Translations under genes and position numbers: made by a program
Shown here: in pieces, positions 47,145 to 57,458 of the stretch
Layout: each line of letters opens with the position of its first letter
Numbering within the stretch: position 1 is the first letter of the stretch
Virus record (IMG/VR): IMGVR_UViG_3300025316_000011
Location: 17,023 to 81,022 of that record
From: a virus
Reading direction: 5' to 3' (one strand)
Length of the DNA: 64,000 nt
The notes under the pieces: model-generated
What the model was told of the DNA's origin: nothing
Database searches by the model: none
The model's input: the letters and a program-made list of their open reading frames with translations, nothing else

Positions 47145-47718
47145 TTTTCGGTGGGTCTAAACGCATAATTTCTTTTGCTCTTTCCCCCTCAAACACAGGG
47201 ATATATTCTTTTACTTCTGATAAATCTTTAGAGTAATTTGTCGGGTGATAAGGAACTTCATCATAGTCTTTCCCTGCCTGTACCAACTTACTCAACCTTG
47301 TATATCCGGCCCCATATCTTAACCACGGGAATACTAAGGCAGGTTTCATCTTTCGTTCAAGTTCAGGGGATAAACGAGCATACGCTTTATAGTAATGACC
47401 ACGGAACTTAGACCTCCATCTGTATCCATGACTGACATTCTTAAAGTCCCGTATTGACAAGGCCATATATGGTTCATCATCCACATGGAATCCTACGGTA
47501 ACACCATTCTCAAGAATATCGTTCACTGCCAGTTCCATGTACTTTGTAATGATTGCTTTTGCCAATGTCTCAAGTCTCTCTGTCTTTATTGGTCCTTTAC
47601 CTATGTAATACCTGCGATACAACTGCTTCCACCCGACAAAGTGTATGGGGTATGTGGATTTGTCTCTTAATATATCATATACACTTATTTCCTTAATGTT
47701 TGACTTAGTGTTTATCAT
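47137..47718 (-). CDS. IHF/HU-like protein of crAss-like structural module
   Basis: AIITKYMELAVNDILENG.TV.F....MALSIR; basic; conserved position. Confidence 0.5.
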   Translation of the reverse strand: MINTKSNIKEISVYDILRDKSTYPIHFVGWKQLYRRYYIGKGPIKTERLETLAKAIITKYMELAVNDILENGVTVGFHVDDEPYMALSIRDFKNVSHGYRWRSKFRGHYYKAYARLSPELERKMKPALVFPWLRYGAGYTRLSKLVQAGKDYDEVPYHPTNYSKDLSEVKEYIPVFEGERAKEIMRLDPPKNV

Positions 47719-48136
47719 ATCTTTCTGTTTCTCTTAAGTCTCTTAACCTTACCTGGTCAACGTTTACATTGCGAACATGTTGCCGTATGTTAAACCCTAA
47801 GAACTTTTTGGTCTGTTCAACGACATCGGTATGCCCTCCCGTGGTGGGAGCCGCTATATCTTTTGTCCGGGATGCTTCCCATTTCTCAATGGACCCTCTC
47901 ATATCGGTACTTGGTAATTCTGCTTCAATTAAAGCCGCCATATCAGACGGAATGGTGTAGGTGGCATTACCTACCACAATGTCATAAACGATGATTCCTG
48001 CGCCTTGGCAGGTGTCCCTACATGAATTATAGAGTGAACTTACAGGGGCAATTCTCTGTCCGAGTAAAGCGTATTGCTGTGGTGATAAAAACCACCTTCC
48101 CCCTATCTGCCTGTTTTCGGTTATCTGGACAATCAT
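47705..48136 (-). CDS. hypothetical protein
   Basis: 143-aa coupled ORF in the late operon. Confidence 0.65.
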   Translation of the reverse strand: MIVQITENRQIGGRWFLSPQQYALLGQRIAPVSSLYNSCRDTCQGAGIIVYDIVVGNATYTIPSDMAALIEAELPSTDMRGSIEKWEASRTKDIAAPTTGGHTDVVEQTKKFLGFNIRQHVRNVNVDQVRLRDLRETERYDKH

Positions 48137-48816
48137 TGTTCTTCTTCTGACTGTGGTTTAACTTTCTGCTGTGGTGCCTGTCCTGCTGCCGTTACACTTC
48201 CTCCTACTAGGTCAGCAAGTAACGGTGTTTGTGTGATTGAATTTTTTACGATGATCTTTATGGCTTCTACCGAAGCTGTGGGGAAATTACTTGTTTCGTT
48301 ATCCCATCCCGGAACAGTACGGGGATCTTCAAAGATAGCCACAAGCAATCCTGACGAGAATCCTTTCGGTATATTCTTCATTATGGCAATGTCTCCCAAA
48401 AGGGTGTATATGGGAAATTTTGAAGTCCATCGTGCCGCCTTGCGAGTTACAAAGTCCTGAATGTCCATTCTCGATATTTTCTCGTTATATCCGAGCATTC
48501 CGAAATAGGAAATATTGGCATCCCCGATGAACTTTACGAGTGGTGGTAATTCTGCTTTGTAGTAAACCGTCTTATCGGTAAATACGAATCCTGCGACGGT
48601 ACATGTATCTCTTTGGCATACAACGGGAACATCGGGAAATATCTGAAAGAACCCTTCAATTGGCATCTTTTCAGAAAAGAACTTTTTAAGGACTGAAAGA
48701 TTGGCTTCGACAATTTTATCCTCCACTAACTCAAGGTCAATGGCCAAGTCATTAGTGACGTTGTACTTCTTTAAATCTTCAATTATTTCGTCCCGGAGTG
48801 CCGCTAATGTTGCCAT
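48133..48816 (-). CDS. putative tail ring protein
   Basis: MATL..L..EI...L N-terminus, AIFEDP, FP motif; crAss-like position. Confidence 0.6.
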   Translation of the reverse strand: MATLAALRDEIIEDLKKYNVTNDLAIDLELVEDKIVEANLSVLKKFFSEKMPIEGFFQIFPDVPVVCQRDTCTVAGFVFTDKTVYYKAELPPLVKFIGDANISYFGMLGYNEKISRMDIQDFVTRKAARWTSKFPIYTLLGDIAIMKNIPKGFSSGLLVAIFEDPRTVPGWDNETSNFPTASVEAIKIIVKNSITQTPLLADLVGGSVTAAGQAPQQKVKPQSEEEQ

Positions 48817-48835
48817 ATCCTATTTTTATGTATTA

Positions 48836-48865
48836 AAGGAAAGGGAGGGGGACGATTCCCCCTCC
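48836..48865 (-). terminator. intrinsic terminator
   Basis: GGAGGGGGA-ATCG-TCCCCCTCC then CTTTCCTTT on the minus strand. Confidence 0.7.
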
Positions 48866-48882
48866 GCATTCTACGATAAATG

Positions 48883-50352
48883 TTAGACTACGGCAACGTA
48901 GTCCGTTCCGTGGGTTAGTCCACTCCAAGCATCGAGCAGACCATTGATAGTCGCATTGGCAACAAAGTTTGCATTGTCGGTTACACTTTCGGTCATGTAA
49001 TCGGTCCCGTACCACAGGTTAGTAGAACCCAATCCCTGCTGGATATATACGGCAACACGCATGTTGTAGTTATCCCGGTGCGATGCCCCGTTGAGGGCGG
49101 AAGTGGCAGGATTGTATTCAATGGTGATTTTGTTCCACAGTGAATCTACCGAAGGCTGACCAAGGACAACGAAGTTGCTCAACTTGTCCATGCCCTGTGC
49201 ATTCAGGAACTCGTTGAACACCTGTTTCCATGTCAGGGCGGGCCATACACCTTTCCCGGAATATCCTGCGGAAATAGTTGTGTATGCATCGAGAAGATTG
49301 AACTTCAGCTCATTTGCCCCGGAATAAACATAAATGTCTTTCCGGTTTCCGGTAGTCTTTGCCATGGCAAACACGCTTCCAGCAACTCCAAGGGTCCCGG
49401 CATTGATGTTGGTGGCAATGGTGGATGAAGCGGCTGCGGTGACAATGGTGTTCGATGTACCACCGATAGCGATTTTGATACTTCCAGCTCCGGTAGCAGT
49501 GTTAGCCACTACTGCAAGGTTGAAAGGAGTTACGGTAGCCCATCCAAACTGCGGGAAGTCAATGTAAAACTTCGGGTCCGTGTACTTAGCGTAAATCCAC
49601 ATATAGCGGGTAATTGCCCCGATAGTGGTTACTCCACCTCCGTCAGCGATGTAGAAAATCAACCCAGGGTTTACACTTGTTACAGCGATATGGGTTGCAT
49701 CAATGGCAAAGGCTACGAGGGATGCAGAGAATGTGGCATCGGAATTGAGGGCGTTGATAGTTGCAGCAAGAGAAGCCCCAAGTGCGATAGTCGTAGATAC
49801 ACCTGCTACGATGTATGTCAGAGAATCGGTCACGGCATTGGCAGTAGAGAAAGTGTAAAGCCTTTTAGCGTGGACAATGTTTGGTTCGCGGGTGCTTCTG
49901 AATACGGCCTGGTCGCTTTCGATCTGCGTGATGATATTATCCTCCATGATGATTTTGTCACTGTCAGCCATATAACCGCCCGAAGGGGTCTGGATGGCTT
50001 CGATAACTCCACCGAAGGACTTTGTTGCGGGGTAGTAATCATCATTCATAACCCCCGGCTGCTGCCATTTCCGGTGAACGTTGATTTCATACTCATAATG
50101 GCACATGGCGCACGGGGCGGGAGCATTGACGGCAACGAGAACACTCTTAAAAGCACCTGCTTTGGTGACATCGTTTTTCAACGTTGTCAGTCCGGCAACC
50201 CACGGGATTTGCATTCCTTTGCCTTTGCCTTTCAGCACAAGCATGTGGGGAACAGCCCCTGTGTCAGGGTCTGTAGAAACATAGTATCCAAAATCCTTAA
50301 CGGTTAAGGTATTAATGAGATACTTCATTCGCGGATAATTCAGATTTTCCAT
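48883..50352 (-). CDS. auxiliary capsid/structural protein
   Basis: 489 aa, T/A/G-rich, GC-rich codon usage like the MCP; followed by a terminator. Confidence 0.6.
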   Translation of the reverse strand: MENLNYPRMKYLINTLTVKDFGYYVSTDPDTGAVPHMLVLKGKGKGMQIPWVAGLTTLKNDVTKAGAFKSVLVAVNAPAPCAMCHYEYEINVHRKWQQPGVMNDDYYPATKSFGGVIEAIQTPSGGYMADSDKIIMEDNIITQIESDQAVFRSTREPNIVHAKRLYTFSTANAVTDSLTYIVAGVSTTIALGASLAATINALNSDATFSASLVAFAIDATHIAVTSVNPGLIFYIADGGGVTTIGAITRYMWIYAKYTDPKFYIDFPQFGWATVTPFNLAVVANTATGAGSIKIAIGGTSNTIVTAAASSTIATNINAGTLGVAGSVFAMAKTTGNRKDIYVYSGANELKFNLLDAYTTISAGYSGKGVWPALTWKQVFNEFLNAQGMDKLSNFVVLGQPSVDSLWNKITIEYNPATSALNGASHRDNYNMRVAVYIQQGLGSTNLWYGTDYMTESVTDNANFVANATINGLLDAWSGLTHGTDYVAVV

Positions 50353-50378
50353 TTTTTCAGATATTTGGAAATTACAGA

Positions 50379-51065
50379 TTATTTTCCTTGCTGTGTGACC
50401 ATCATCTCTTGGAGTTTGCTCTTATATCGAGGGTCCCCCCTGTTCTCTAAAAACAACCTCACAGCAATCTCTACTATTTCTTCATTCTGTACTGGATTTG
50501 TTTCAGGGTCCACTTTGTTAAGGTAGGACACTAATACAGGATAGCGATAGTATTCTAAAATCATTTGTCCAGAAGTCCGTCCGATTAGCGAAATAACGTC
50601 ATTGCGGTACTGATAATATGGCCTACCATAGTTCGGCTTGCGATACTTGTTCCATGTCATTACTCCCGCCTGTTCTGATCTGCGAACGTGTGCTTCAAAT
50701 TCCAACCCGTTATCATCACCGATAAATGTTACCCTTAGTCCATGCAAATATAACGGATAATTACCGGACATCAAAAGCCCTGCGGTAGTCATTGAAGTAT
50801 ATGCACTTGGGACAGCGAATGTGCCACCTGACCCTGAAATGACGAGATAGTTTGAACCGTCAGTAAGAACGACAAACTTCTCAAGATCGTCAATCCTTTT
50901 TTGGTTAAACTCTGCCAGAGGGAGTTTCTGCCGCATCCAATCCAAAGTAGCATCTCCATGCCAGCTTTCCCATTCAATGGGAGTGACGGTATGGTTAGCT
51001 ACTTTGCGGATGCCTTGGAGAAACTTACGGTAAGCATCTTCGGCGGTGATGATAAGGTTAGCCAT
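50379..51065 (-). CDS. putative head-tail ring/adaptor protein
   Basis: EFNQKRIDDL, LEYYRYP, EEIVEIAV.LFLEN..DPRY motifs. Confidence 0.65.
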   Translation of the reverse strand: MANLIITAEDAYRKFLQGIRKVANHTVTPIEWESWHGDATLDWMRQKLPLAEFNQKRIDDLEKFVVLTDGSNYLVISGSGGTFAVPSAYTSMTTAGLLMSGNYPLYLHGLRVTFIGDDNGLEFEAHVRRSEQAGVMTWNKYRKPNYGRPYYQYRNDVISLIGRTSGQMILEYYRYPVLVSYLNKVDPETNPVQNEEIVEIAVRLFLENRGDPRYKSKLQEMMVTQQGK

Positions 51066-51982
51066 TAATCGGGGATTTTTTCGGTTTTAGACCTTCTATC
51101 GGCTACGTCAAGTTGTGTTTGCCACTTCGCCACGATATCCCTGTTCTTACGGTCGTCAATCCATTCTGTTACGGAATCGAACGTTTGTCCGATATAAATG
51201 TCTCCATAATAGAAGTCATTGTTCTTTTTACGGGCAATGATGTTATGGCTGACAACCTTTACTGCAAAGATAATCCTGTTGGCACCCGGACCCTTCATTT
51301 TCAATACCTCCTGCGGGAACCTACGGCAAGCATCCAACACCAAGGCTTTTAACCTGGTATCTGAAAGGTTGCCTACGGTAACTTTGTATTCAGGAACCGC
51401 ATAACCGAGGAAGATAAGGACTTCGTTGAAACGGCCTGTTCCGATGTCGTTACGGACAAACTGCTCCGCATCGTAAGCCAAATCAATGTTATTCAACTTT
51501 TCCTGTGCTTCAACCTCTTTGTCGTCAACGTAGAAGTTATGCTTGTTTTTGTTGTATAACACTTTTGACTTAGCCACCGGGGATTCTGATGCCGCCAATA
51601 TAGCGGTAAGTTCCGCATGGTCCTTTGGGTTTACATAAATCCGGTCAACCTCAACATCCTTTCCTTCTTTGTTTGGTTCAATGTAGGAATCATAACTGTT
51701 ATCATATTCATAACCGTGCATGATAAGGATATGGTTGGCGGGGTCGATGATGTATGGGTTAGGTCCCATGTGAAGGTCGTGCTTTTCGGCAGGGGTGAGT
51801 TTATCCGCTCCCGTCCATTTTGCCGGTTGGGTAATAATGTCATCCTGCCCCGTTACGGGCATTCTGGTCCTTACCGATGTTGGACACGCATACTGATAGG
51901 GAGCCTTCGTGTACTTCCCCTTTGGCGTAATGATCTTAACCTTTTGGGTTACTCTGATTACTGTTACTGAATCTTTTGCCAT
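51065..51982 (-). CDS. conserved structural-module protein downstream of MCP
   Basis: FYVDDKE.EA, ..P.E.L, YYGD.YIG.T pattern; crAss-like position. Confidence 0.6.
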   Translation of the reverse strand: MAKDSVTVIRVTQKVKIITPKGKYTKAPYQYACPTSVRTRMPVTGQDDIITQPAKWTGADKLTPAEKHDLHMGPNPYIIDPANHILIMHGYEYDNSYDSYIEPNKEGKDVEVDRIYVNPKDHAELTAILAASESPVAKSKVLYNKNKHNFYVDDKEVEAQEKLNNIDLAYDAEQFVRNDIGTGRFNEVLIFLGYAVPEYKVTVGNLSDTRLKALVLDACRRFPQEVLKMKGPGANRIIFAVKVVSHNIIARKKNNDFYYGDIYIGQTFDSVTEWIDDRKNRDIVAKWQTQLDVADRRSKTEKIPD

Positions 51983-52009
51983 TGTTAAATTGTTTTTGGT
52001 TTTAGTAAA

Positions 52010-52034
52010 GGGTGAGTGCTTTACGCACCCACCC
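52010..52034 (-). terminator. terminator/stabiliser hairpin after MCP
   Basis: GGGTGGGTGC-GTAAA-GCACTCACCC-TTT on the minus strand. Confidence 0.65.
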
Positions 52035-52053
52035 CGGATTGTTTAATTGTCGG

Positions 52054-53517
52054 TTACGCCGCCCACGGCATGAAGCAATAGTGAACGGTAGTACGGGACA
52101 CGATACCCGTCTGCCACAGGTGATGTTTGCTGGACCCGTCAACGGAACTTGCCAAATCTTCCTTACCGGAATCAAGGCCATTGACTGTACCGGAAACAGC
52201 GGGACGAAGCTGTACGAGTTCCATCATGTTGTCACCTTCAGCGGTAAATCCGATAGGACAAACGATAGCATCCCATGAACCTTTCTTGTCACCATTGGAC
52301 AGGATTTTCGTGGCACGTTCTTCGTTGTCAAACCAACGGTAACGCATAGGTATAATACGAACTCCCATGAACTCATAGTAAGCATAGTCCATGTTCACGC
52401 CTTTGTCTGCTCCGTCACCAACGACGTTGTTGTTCAGGGTCTTGTATCCAAGTTTGAACATAAGGTCATGGAACGAAGCGATATTGTTGTAACCACCAAC
52501 GATAACGGCTTCTTTTTTGCCTTCTCTGCCGCTGCGAAGGTCAAGGTCCTGCATCATGGAACGGAGGTATTTTTCAGTCCATCCTGCGGTAGTCATGGGG
52601 CGTTCAACGGCTCCATCGTTACCATAGAGGACACCACCACCTGCCATGATTTCCCTGCCACGTTTATCGTGCATAAAAACTTTTCCGTCAACGTCAACGG
52701 TGCTTTTACCGAACAGCATCTGGTATTCGTGATACTTCACGGCCCTTCTCATCATTTCTTTTTCGGCATGGTCGAGATACCCGTAGGATTTTCCACCCTG
52801 TTTGTTCTTGTAGGCGTACCAGTCACGGCTTGGCTTCATTGCCGCGGCACTCCCTGAATAACTCATTTTGACACGCTGCAAGGTAAGGTACGCATGACCC
52901 CATCCATCGAAAGTGTATTTCTCACTCCCGGTTTCAGAAAAGTCATGTTCGTACTGTGTCATACCGACACCGGCTTCTTCGCCTTCGCCCAAAAGCAGGG
53001 GATCGCAGAAATCTTCCGGGTCATTGGTATTTAACCGGACATCGTAACGCATAACTCCGTTGAACTCGGTGGGTTCGTCGGGGTCAAACAAGTACAGTTG
53101 GGTACGGTTGTCGGAAAGTTCAATTACTTCCTTGGGACGGGCCCAGTTATTATCTACATAAATGTAGAATGAGGTTCCCCTGTAACCGGGTTTCGTTGGG
53201 TATGCCGCCGAATAGAACGTAACGCCCGTATCGTTGGCTGTGAAGTGGATTTTGCGCTTCTGCGAAGAAGCGATAGGATACATGATATGGTTTGAAGAAA
53301 CTGTCCTGAATTTGTTGGACCATGTGCCTTCACGCAATCCTGTGGTAAAATAACCTTTGTCGGTTAAGATAGCGGAAAGCGGTGAATATTCCTCATCGTT
53401 AAAAGGCTGATACACTCTTGGGAGCATGTCAGCATCAACTACGGCACTGCGGGTTAGTGAATAACTGGTAATGCTTTCACCAACGACATCTGCGGGTTGA
53501 CCGGGAAGTAATCTCAT
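52054..53517 (-). CDS. major capsid protein (crAss-like)
   Basis: 487 aa after portal and scaffold; YEHDFSETG, EYQMLFGK, GREIMAGGG, SSVDGSS.H motifs; biased codon usage. Confidence 0.85.
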   Translation of the reverse strand: MRLLPGQPADVVGESITSYSLTRSAVVDADMLPRVYQPFNDEEYSPLSAILTDKGYFTTGLREGTWSNKFRTVSSNHIMYPIASSQKRKIHFTANDTGVTFYSAAYPTKPGYRGTSFYIYVDNNWARPKEVIELSDNRTQLYLFDPDEPTEFNGVMRYDVRLNTNDPEDFCDPLLLGEGEEAGVGMTQYEHDFSETGSEKYTFDGWGHAYLTLQRVKMSYSGSAAAMKPSRDWYAYKNKQGGKSYGYLDHAEKEMMRRAVKYHEYQMLFGKSTVDVDGKVFMHDKRGREIMAGGGVLYGNDGAVERPMTTAGWTEKYLRSMMQDLDLRSGREGKKEAVIVGGYNNIASFHDLMFKLGYKTLNNNVVGDGADKGVNMDYAYYEFMGVRIIPMRYRWFDNEERATKILSNGDKKGSWDAIVCPIGFTAEGDNMMELVQLRPAVSGTVNGLDSGKEDLASSVDGSSKHHLWQTGIVSRTTVHYCFMPWAA

Positions 53518-53552
53518 TGTAGTACGGTATTAAAATTCTTTAATGTTTTGAG

Positions 53553-53566
53553 CCGTCGATTTATGG
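53553..53566 (-). promoter_or_regulatory. 14-bp motif CCATAAATCGACGG, copy upstream of MCP
   Basis: exact match to 60228-60241. Confidence 0.5.
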
Positions 53567-54601
53567 TAACGGGAGGTTTCCGCCTGATGGCTTTCCTATC
53601 GTACCGCTTTTGGCTTTGGGGGCTATGTCTAATTTCTCGTTCAACAATATCTCTTTGAAATTCTCTTTTTGAGCAGAGAGATATTCATTAATGTAGTCCC
53701 CTCCAAACATGGTGCTTGCGAGGACAAACCGCATGAGTTTTTTGTTGTCATTCAACAAACCCAATAGGTGTGGTTTCCCTGTCGTCGGGTCAATTTGATT
53801 CAATAATATGAAGTCGCGTTTCGCTTGTAATTTCTGTTCAGGTGTCAGCGGGACCCCGCTGAAATCACTCATGGTGTCAATTTCGGCAGCTACGGTTTTG
53901 GCAATCTCCACCCTTTGCTTATTGATGCTGGATATACGTTCTGCTGACTGCTGCGTATGTTCTTCTGTCCCCCTGTTATAGTATTCATCGAACTGCCTAC
54001 GGGCAACACCGTCAATCTCTGCTGCCTTCTGGTCGAGTTCGATAGGGGTGAGTTTGCCGATATAGTCCTTAATGGCTTTATCGTCATACTGACGAACTTC
54101 GTTTCCATTGGCATCTTTTTTAACCAAGGACTGATACCATGATTCAACTTTTTTGTCGGCAGATAAGTTAAAGAACTCCTGGCTGTCATTGTAAGTCTTT
54201 ATATATTCCGCCCGTTTATCCGGTGCGGTTCTTTTGTAGTTGGCAATGAAAGCATCTTCATCGGCAGGTTCTTCGTTATCCGGTTCAAATTCGGTGTTTT
54301 CAATTACAAGTTGGCGAAATGCGGACCATTCATCAACACCTTCACCAAACTTTCCCTGTTTGAAATCATCGGGAATAGAGATACCATCTTTTTCAAGTTG
54401 TTCCCATGCGGGCTTTAAGGAAAAGGAATAAGATTGATCCTGTTGTCCCGCCTCATTACCCTCACCACCCATATCTCCGGGTTCAGCGTTCGGTTGTTCA
54501 GGTTCTTTACGCTGCGCCTCCTGCTGATAAAAGTCATATAATGGTGAATTTTCCGGCACCGATACCGGGGATGCTGCTGTACTTTCTACTTCTGGTTCCA
54601 T
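53561..54601 (-). CDS. putative scaffold protein
   Basis: acidic N-terminus, helical; lies between portal and MCP. Confidence 0.7.
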   Translation of the reverse strand: MEPEVESTAASPVSVPENSPLYDFYQQEAQRKEPEQPNAEPGDMGGEGNEAGQQDQSYSFSLKPAWEQLEKDGISIPDDFKQGKFGEGVDEWSAFRQLVIENTEFEPDNEEPADEDAFIANYKRTAPDKRAEYIKTYNDSQEFFNLSADKKVESWYQSLVKKDANGNEVRQYDDKAIKDYIGKLTPIELDQKAAEIDGVARRQFDEYYNRGTEEHTQQSAERISSINKQRVEIAKTVAAEIDTMSDFSGVPLTPEQKLQAKRDFILLNQIDPTTGKPHLLGLLNDNKKLMRFVLASTMFGGDYINEYLSAQKENFKEILLNEKLDIAPKAKSGTIGKPSGGNLPLP

Positions 54602-54612
54602 TGTTCTGTTTT

Positions 54613-54813
54613 TTATGATTGTTGATTCTGTTCTGCAAATTTAGCAATCTTTGACACTCTTAGCAATTTACCTTTGTAATAACCACGTGCGGATGCTATT
54701 TTTTTTCTACCGCATTCTATTATGTTTGATAATGTTTCAGCATTCACCTGAACCTTTCCTTCAAGTATGTCCAAGTATTGTTGGAGACACAGATCATCCA
54801 TTCGTATTAACAT
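54613..54813 (-). CDS. small hypothetical protein
   Basis: ATG 54813 just after the portal stop. Confidence 0.55.
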   Translation of the reverse strand: MLIRMDDLCLQQYLDILEGKVQVNAETLSNIIECGRKKIASARGYYKGKLLRVSKIAKFAEQNQQS

Positions 54814-54817
54814 AGCG

Positions 54818-57445
54818 TTAGTTTTTATCGGGTTGCTTTTGAGATTCAAGTAATTTCTGGATATGATCTAAGCGGGCTTTCATGATTTTTATAGATTCAT
54901 CTGCCCTGTTATGCTCATTCTTTACCTGCATGGTCATTTTGTTGCTTTCAAATTCAGAATTGGCTTTAAACTCACCAAGTTCCTTCTTTAAATCAAGTTC
55001 CCGTCCCTTTAACTCTAATTCGGCTTTGGCGGTATAACTTTCAAGTTGTAACTTCTGCTTCTGAACTTCGATATTCATTTGGTCAATCTGCCGTTTCTGT
55101 TCTTCGACAACCTGAACCATTTTACCCTGTAATTCGATTTTCTGATTTTGTAAGTCAGCCATAGCCTGATTCTGCTTCTGCTGTGATTCACCGGCTAACC
55201 GCTTGGCTTCTTCATCGAAATATTCAGCCATTCTCTGAACTTCACGTAAACTGTCGGAGTTGTATATGCTTGTAAAGTCTCTTAATGATAAAGTACCTTT
55301 AGAATAACTCTGGAGGGAGTAATTCTTAAACTCATTAAGTTTCCTTTCTTCGAGGTTGTTGTTGGCAAGTAAGATTTCATAGTCCGCCATGTTAAGGGTA
55401 TTTGCCGGAATGTCCACAATATCTTCTTCATTGTTTTCATTTATGTAAGACATTATGGTATTCTTGTCCCAAAGGTATTGACGGGCAATGTTCATCATCA
55501 TTGTCAATGCCCTGCGTTCTACTTCGTCATGTTTGGCGTATAAGACTTCGGTGATAAGCATTACAGACTGTTGAGACATCTTCATAGTCCCAACTTGGTC
55601 CTCATTATTCACTTGTCCCATTGCTTGCGGGGAAAGTCCCATAATCAATCCCATCTGAATATCAAGGTTCTGTAATATCTTGTCCAAATACTGAATTGAA
55701 TCAGATAATGAAAGATCAAGTACCTGCCATTGGTTAAAGGAGGACTGAATTTGGTTTACTCCCGACTTTTTAGTCTCCAATGGCATATCACCAAGTTTGC
55801 GGGAATAACGATATTCCTTGTCTGACATGCCTTTTGGTTTGAAAAGCATATCGTAAAGCAATGTTTTGGTCCCCGCCAGAGCAAACATAAGTTCCTTATG
55901 CCAGGATACTATGTTTATCATCCGCTGAATCTCCTTAGTGGCCCATATCAGGGAGTAAGGCTGCTGCGTTATGTTGTTGAATGTTTGTCCAACGATAGGA
56001 AGTAGTGTCTTTGAGTAATTATCAACGCTACGGGGCTGAATGGGGTCTTTCTCGGCCTTGTAGATACTGTTGTTGATAATCGCACCCTTATAACGGTCGT
56101 AAACATACCTTACAACGACTTCATCACCTGCATTTGTGTCGATAACTTGTGCCTTTTCATCATCAATGGTTTCAAGTAGCCCTCTTTTATCGTTCGGTTG
56201 CGCCCTTAAAACCCATTGGCTAATCTTTTTTCCGTTTGCATCACGGTAGTAGTTGTATTTGTAGTCCTTTTTGTCAACAACATCTTGTTTTTTGTCGTTA
56301 GGTCCGATGAAATTGGTGAAATAACGACCTTTACGGTGTGGGTTCTCCCGTCTTATTGCCTTAATCTGCCTTTCAGCTACCCACCATACCCGTTTCACAT
56401 TAATCCCGGCAGAAGCATTGACTGACCCGCTTGGCACGAAGTTAGGACCACCATCAACGACACTTCCGTTTTCATCAACGACAAATGGACCTGCATTACT
56501 CCCTATTGAGGATTCCCCTGTATTGAAGTTTTCAATCTGTGTTTTCTCGCCTCCTGTAAGTCCAAATTCGCTGATAACGTCCTGCGGTGTCATATTTTCT
56601 TCAAATCCCGCCCAATCAAGGTTCTGAACCCACTCGACATCATCCGCTGCCTGATAAAAGACATTATGTCCCTGCAATGGTCGGTAAATAGGCAATTTGT
56701 CTCCCGGTCTGTAATCAACGTAGTAGTATTCCTTACCCGTAACCATGGATGCCGTAAAGTTCTGAACGCCTTTTTGCTTAACGTTCAAACTCTGCATGTA
56801 GGACTTCATGGCTTTTTGTGCCGTGATCTCGATAAAGTCCTTATTGGTATATCGCTGTAACTGGTCGAGTTTGCGGATATTCTGCATGGTAAAGACTTCG
56901 GTATCCTGTAAGGTCTGACGGATAGTCTCTATCTGCGCTTCGATTTGGGGAAATGCCTTTTTAGCCTGTAACTGCGCTTGCTGTTGTTCTTCGTTTTCAG
57001 GCTTTTGTTGTAACTGTTGTTCGAGTTCCTGTTTCTTCTCAAGGATCTCTTTTAACTGACCTTCGATTTGATTGTATTGCCCCCGGAAACTTGCGATGTA
57101 CTTATCTACATAGAACTTAGTACGGGCTTCTTTTTTCTTTATGAGGGAACTGTTATCAACGGCTGATACGGAAAACTGAAATGGTCTTTCAAGTTGCCTT
57201 CCAATAAGATAGTTTAACTTTGGTCGTTGTGCGGGGATATGCTGAAACTTGGCAGGTAAGTCGTTCCCGCCAATTTTCGTTAAATACTCAAATTCACGTA
57301 TATCGGTGTAATTGTTGTAAAGCTGCCAGCATTTGGTATCAACCATACGGCTTACCGAACTTGCAGCAGTACAAAGGCTTTGAAGGATGTCGATACGACC
57401 GCATTCTGATTGTGAATGAGTGTTTAAGTTTACTAAAGTTGCCAT
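54818..57445 (-). CDS. portal protein
   Basis: 875 aa after TerL; PKLNYLIG.Q.ERPF, TGKEYYYV, VKRVWW, FNQWQVLDLSL, MGLSPQAMGQ, coiled-coil C-terminus. Confidence 0.88.
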   Translation of the reverse strand: MATLVNLNTHSQSECGRIDILQSLCTAASSVSRMVDTKCWQLYNNYTDIREFEYLTKIGGNDLPAKFQHIPAQRPKLNYLIGRQLERPFQFSVSAVDNSSLIKKKEARTKFYVDKYIASFRGQYNQIEGQLKEILEKKQELEQQLQQKPENEEQQQAQLQAKKAFPQIEAQIETIRQTLQDTEVFTMQNIRKLDQLQRYTNKDFIEITAQKAMKSYMQSLNVKQKGVQNFTASMVTGKEYYYVDYRPGDKLPIYRPLQGHNVFYQAADDVEWVQNLDWAGFEENMTPQDVISEFGLTGGEKTQIENFNTGESSIGSNAGPFVVDENGSVVDGGPNFVPSGSVNASAGINVKRVWWVAERQIKAIRRENPHRKGRYFTNFIGPNDKKQDVVDKKDYKYNYYRDANGKKISQWVLRAQPNDKRGLLETIDDEKAQVIDTNAGDEVVVRYVYDRYKGAIINNSIYKAEKDPIQPRSVDNYSKTLLPIVGQTFNNITQQPYSLIWATKEIQRMINIVSWHKELMFALAGTKTLLYDMLFKPKGMSDKEYRYSRKLGDMPLETKKSGVNQIQSSFNQWQVLDLSLSDSIQYLDKILQNLDIQMGLIMGLSPQAMGQVNNEDQVGTMKMSQQSVMLITEVLYAKHDEVERRALTMMMNIARQYLWDKNTIMSYINENNEEDIVDIPANTLNMADYEILLANNNLEERKLNEFKNYSLQSYSKGTLSLRDFTSIYNSDSLREVQRMAEYFDEEAKRLAGESQQKQNQAMADLQNQKIELQGKMVQVVEEQKRQIDQMNIEVQKQKLQLESYTAKAELELKGRELDLKKELGEFKANSEFESNKMTMQVKNEHNRADESIKIMKARLDHIQKLLESQKQPDKN

Positions 57446-57458
57446 GATGTAATTCTCG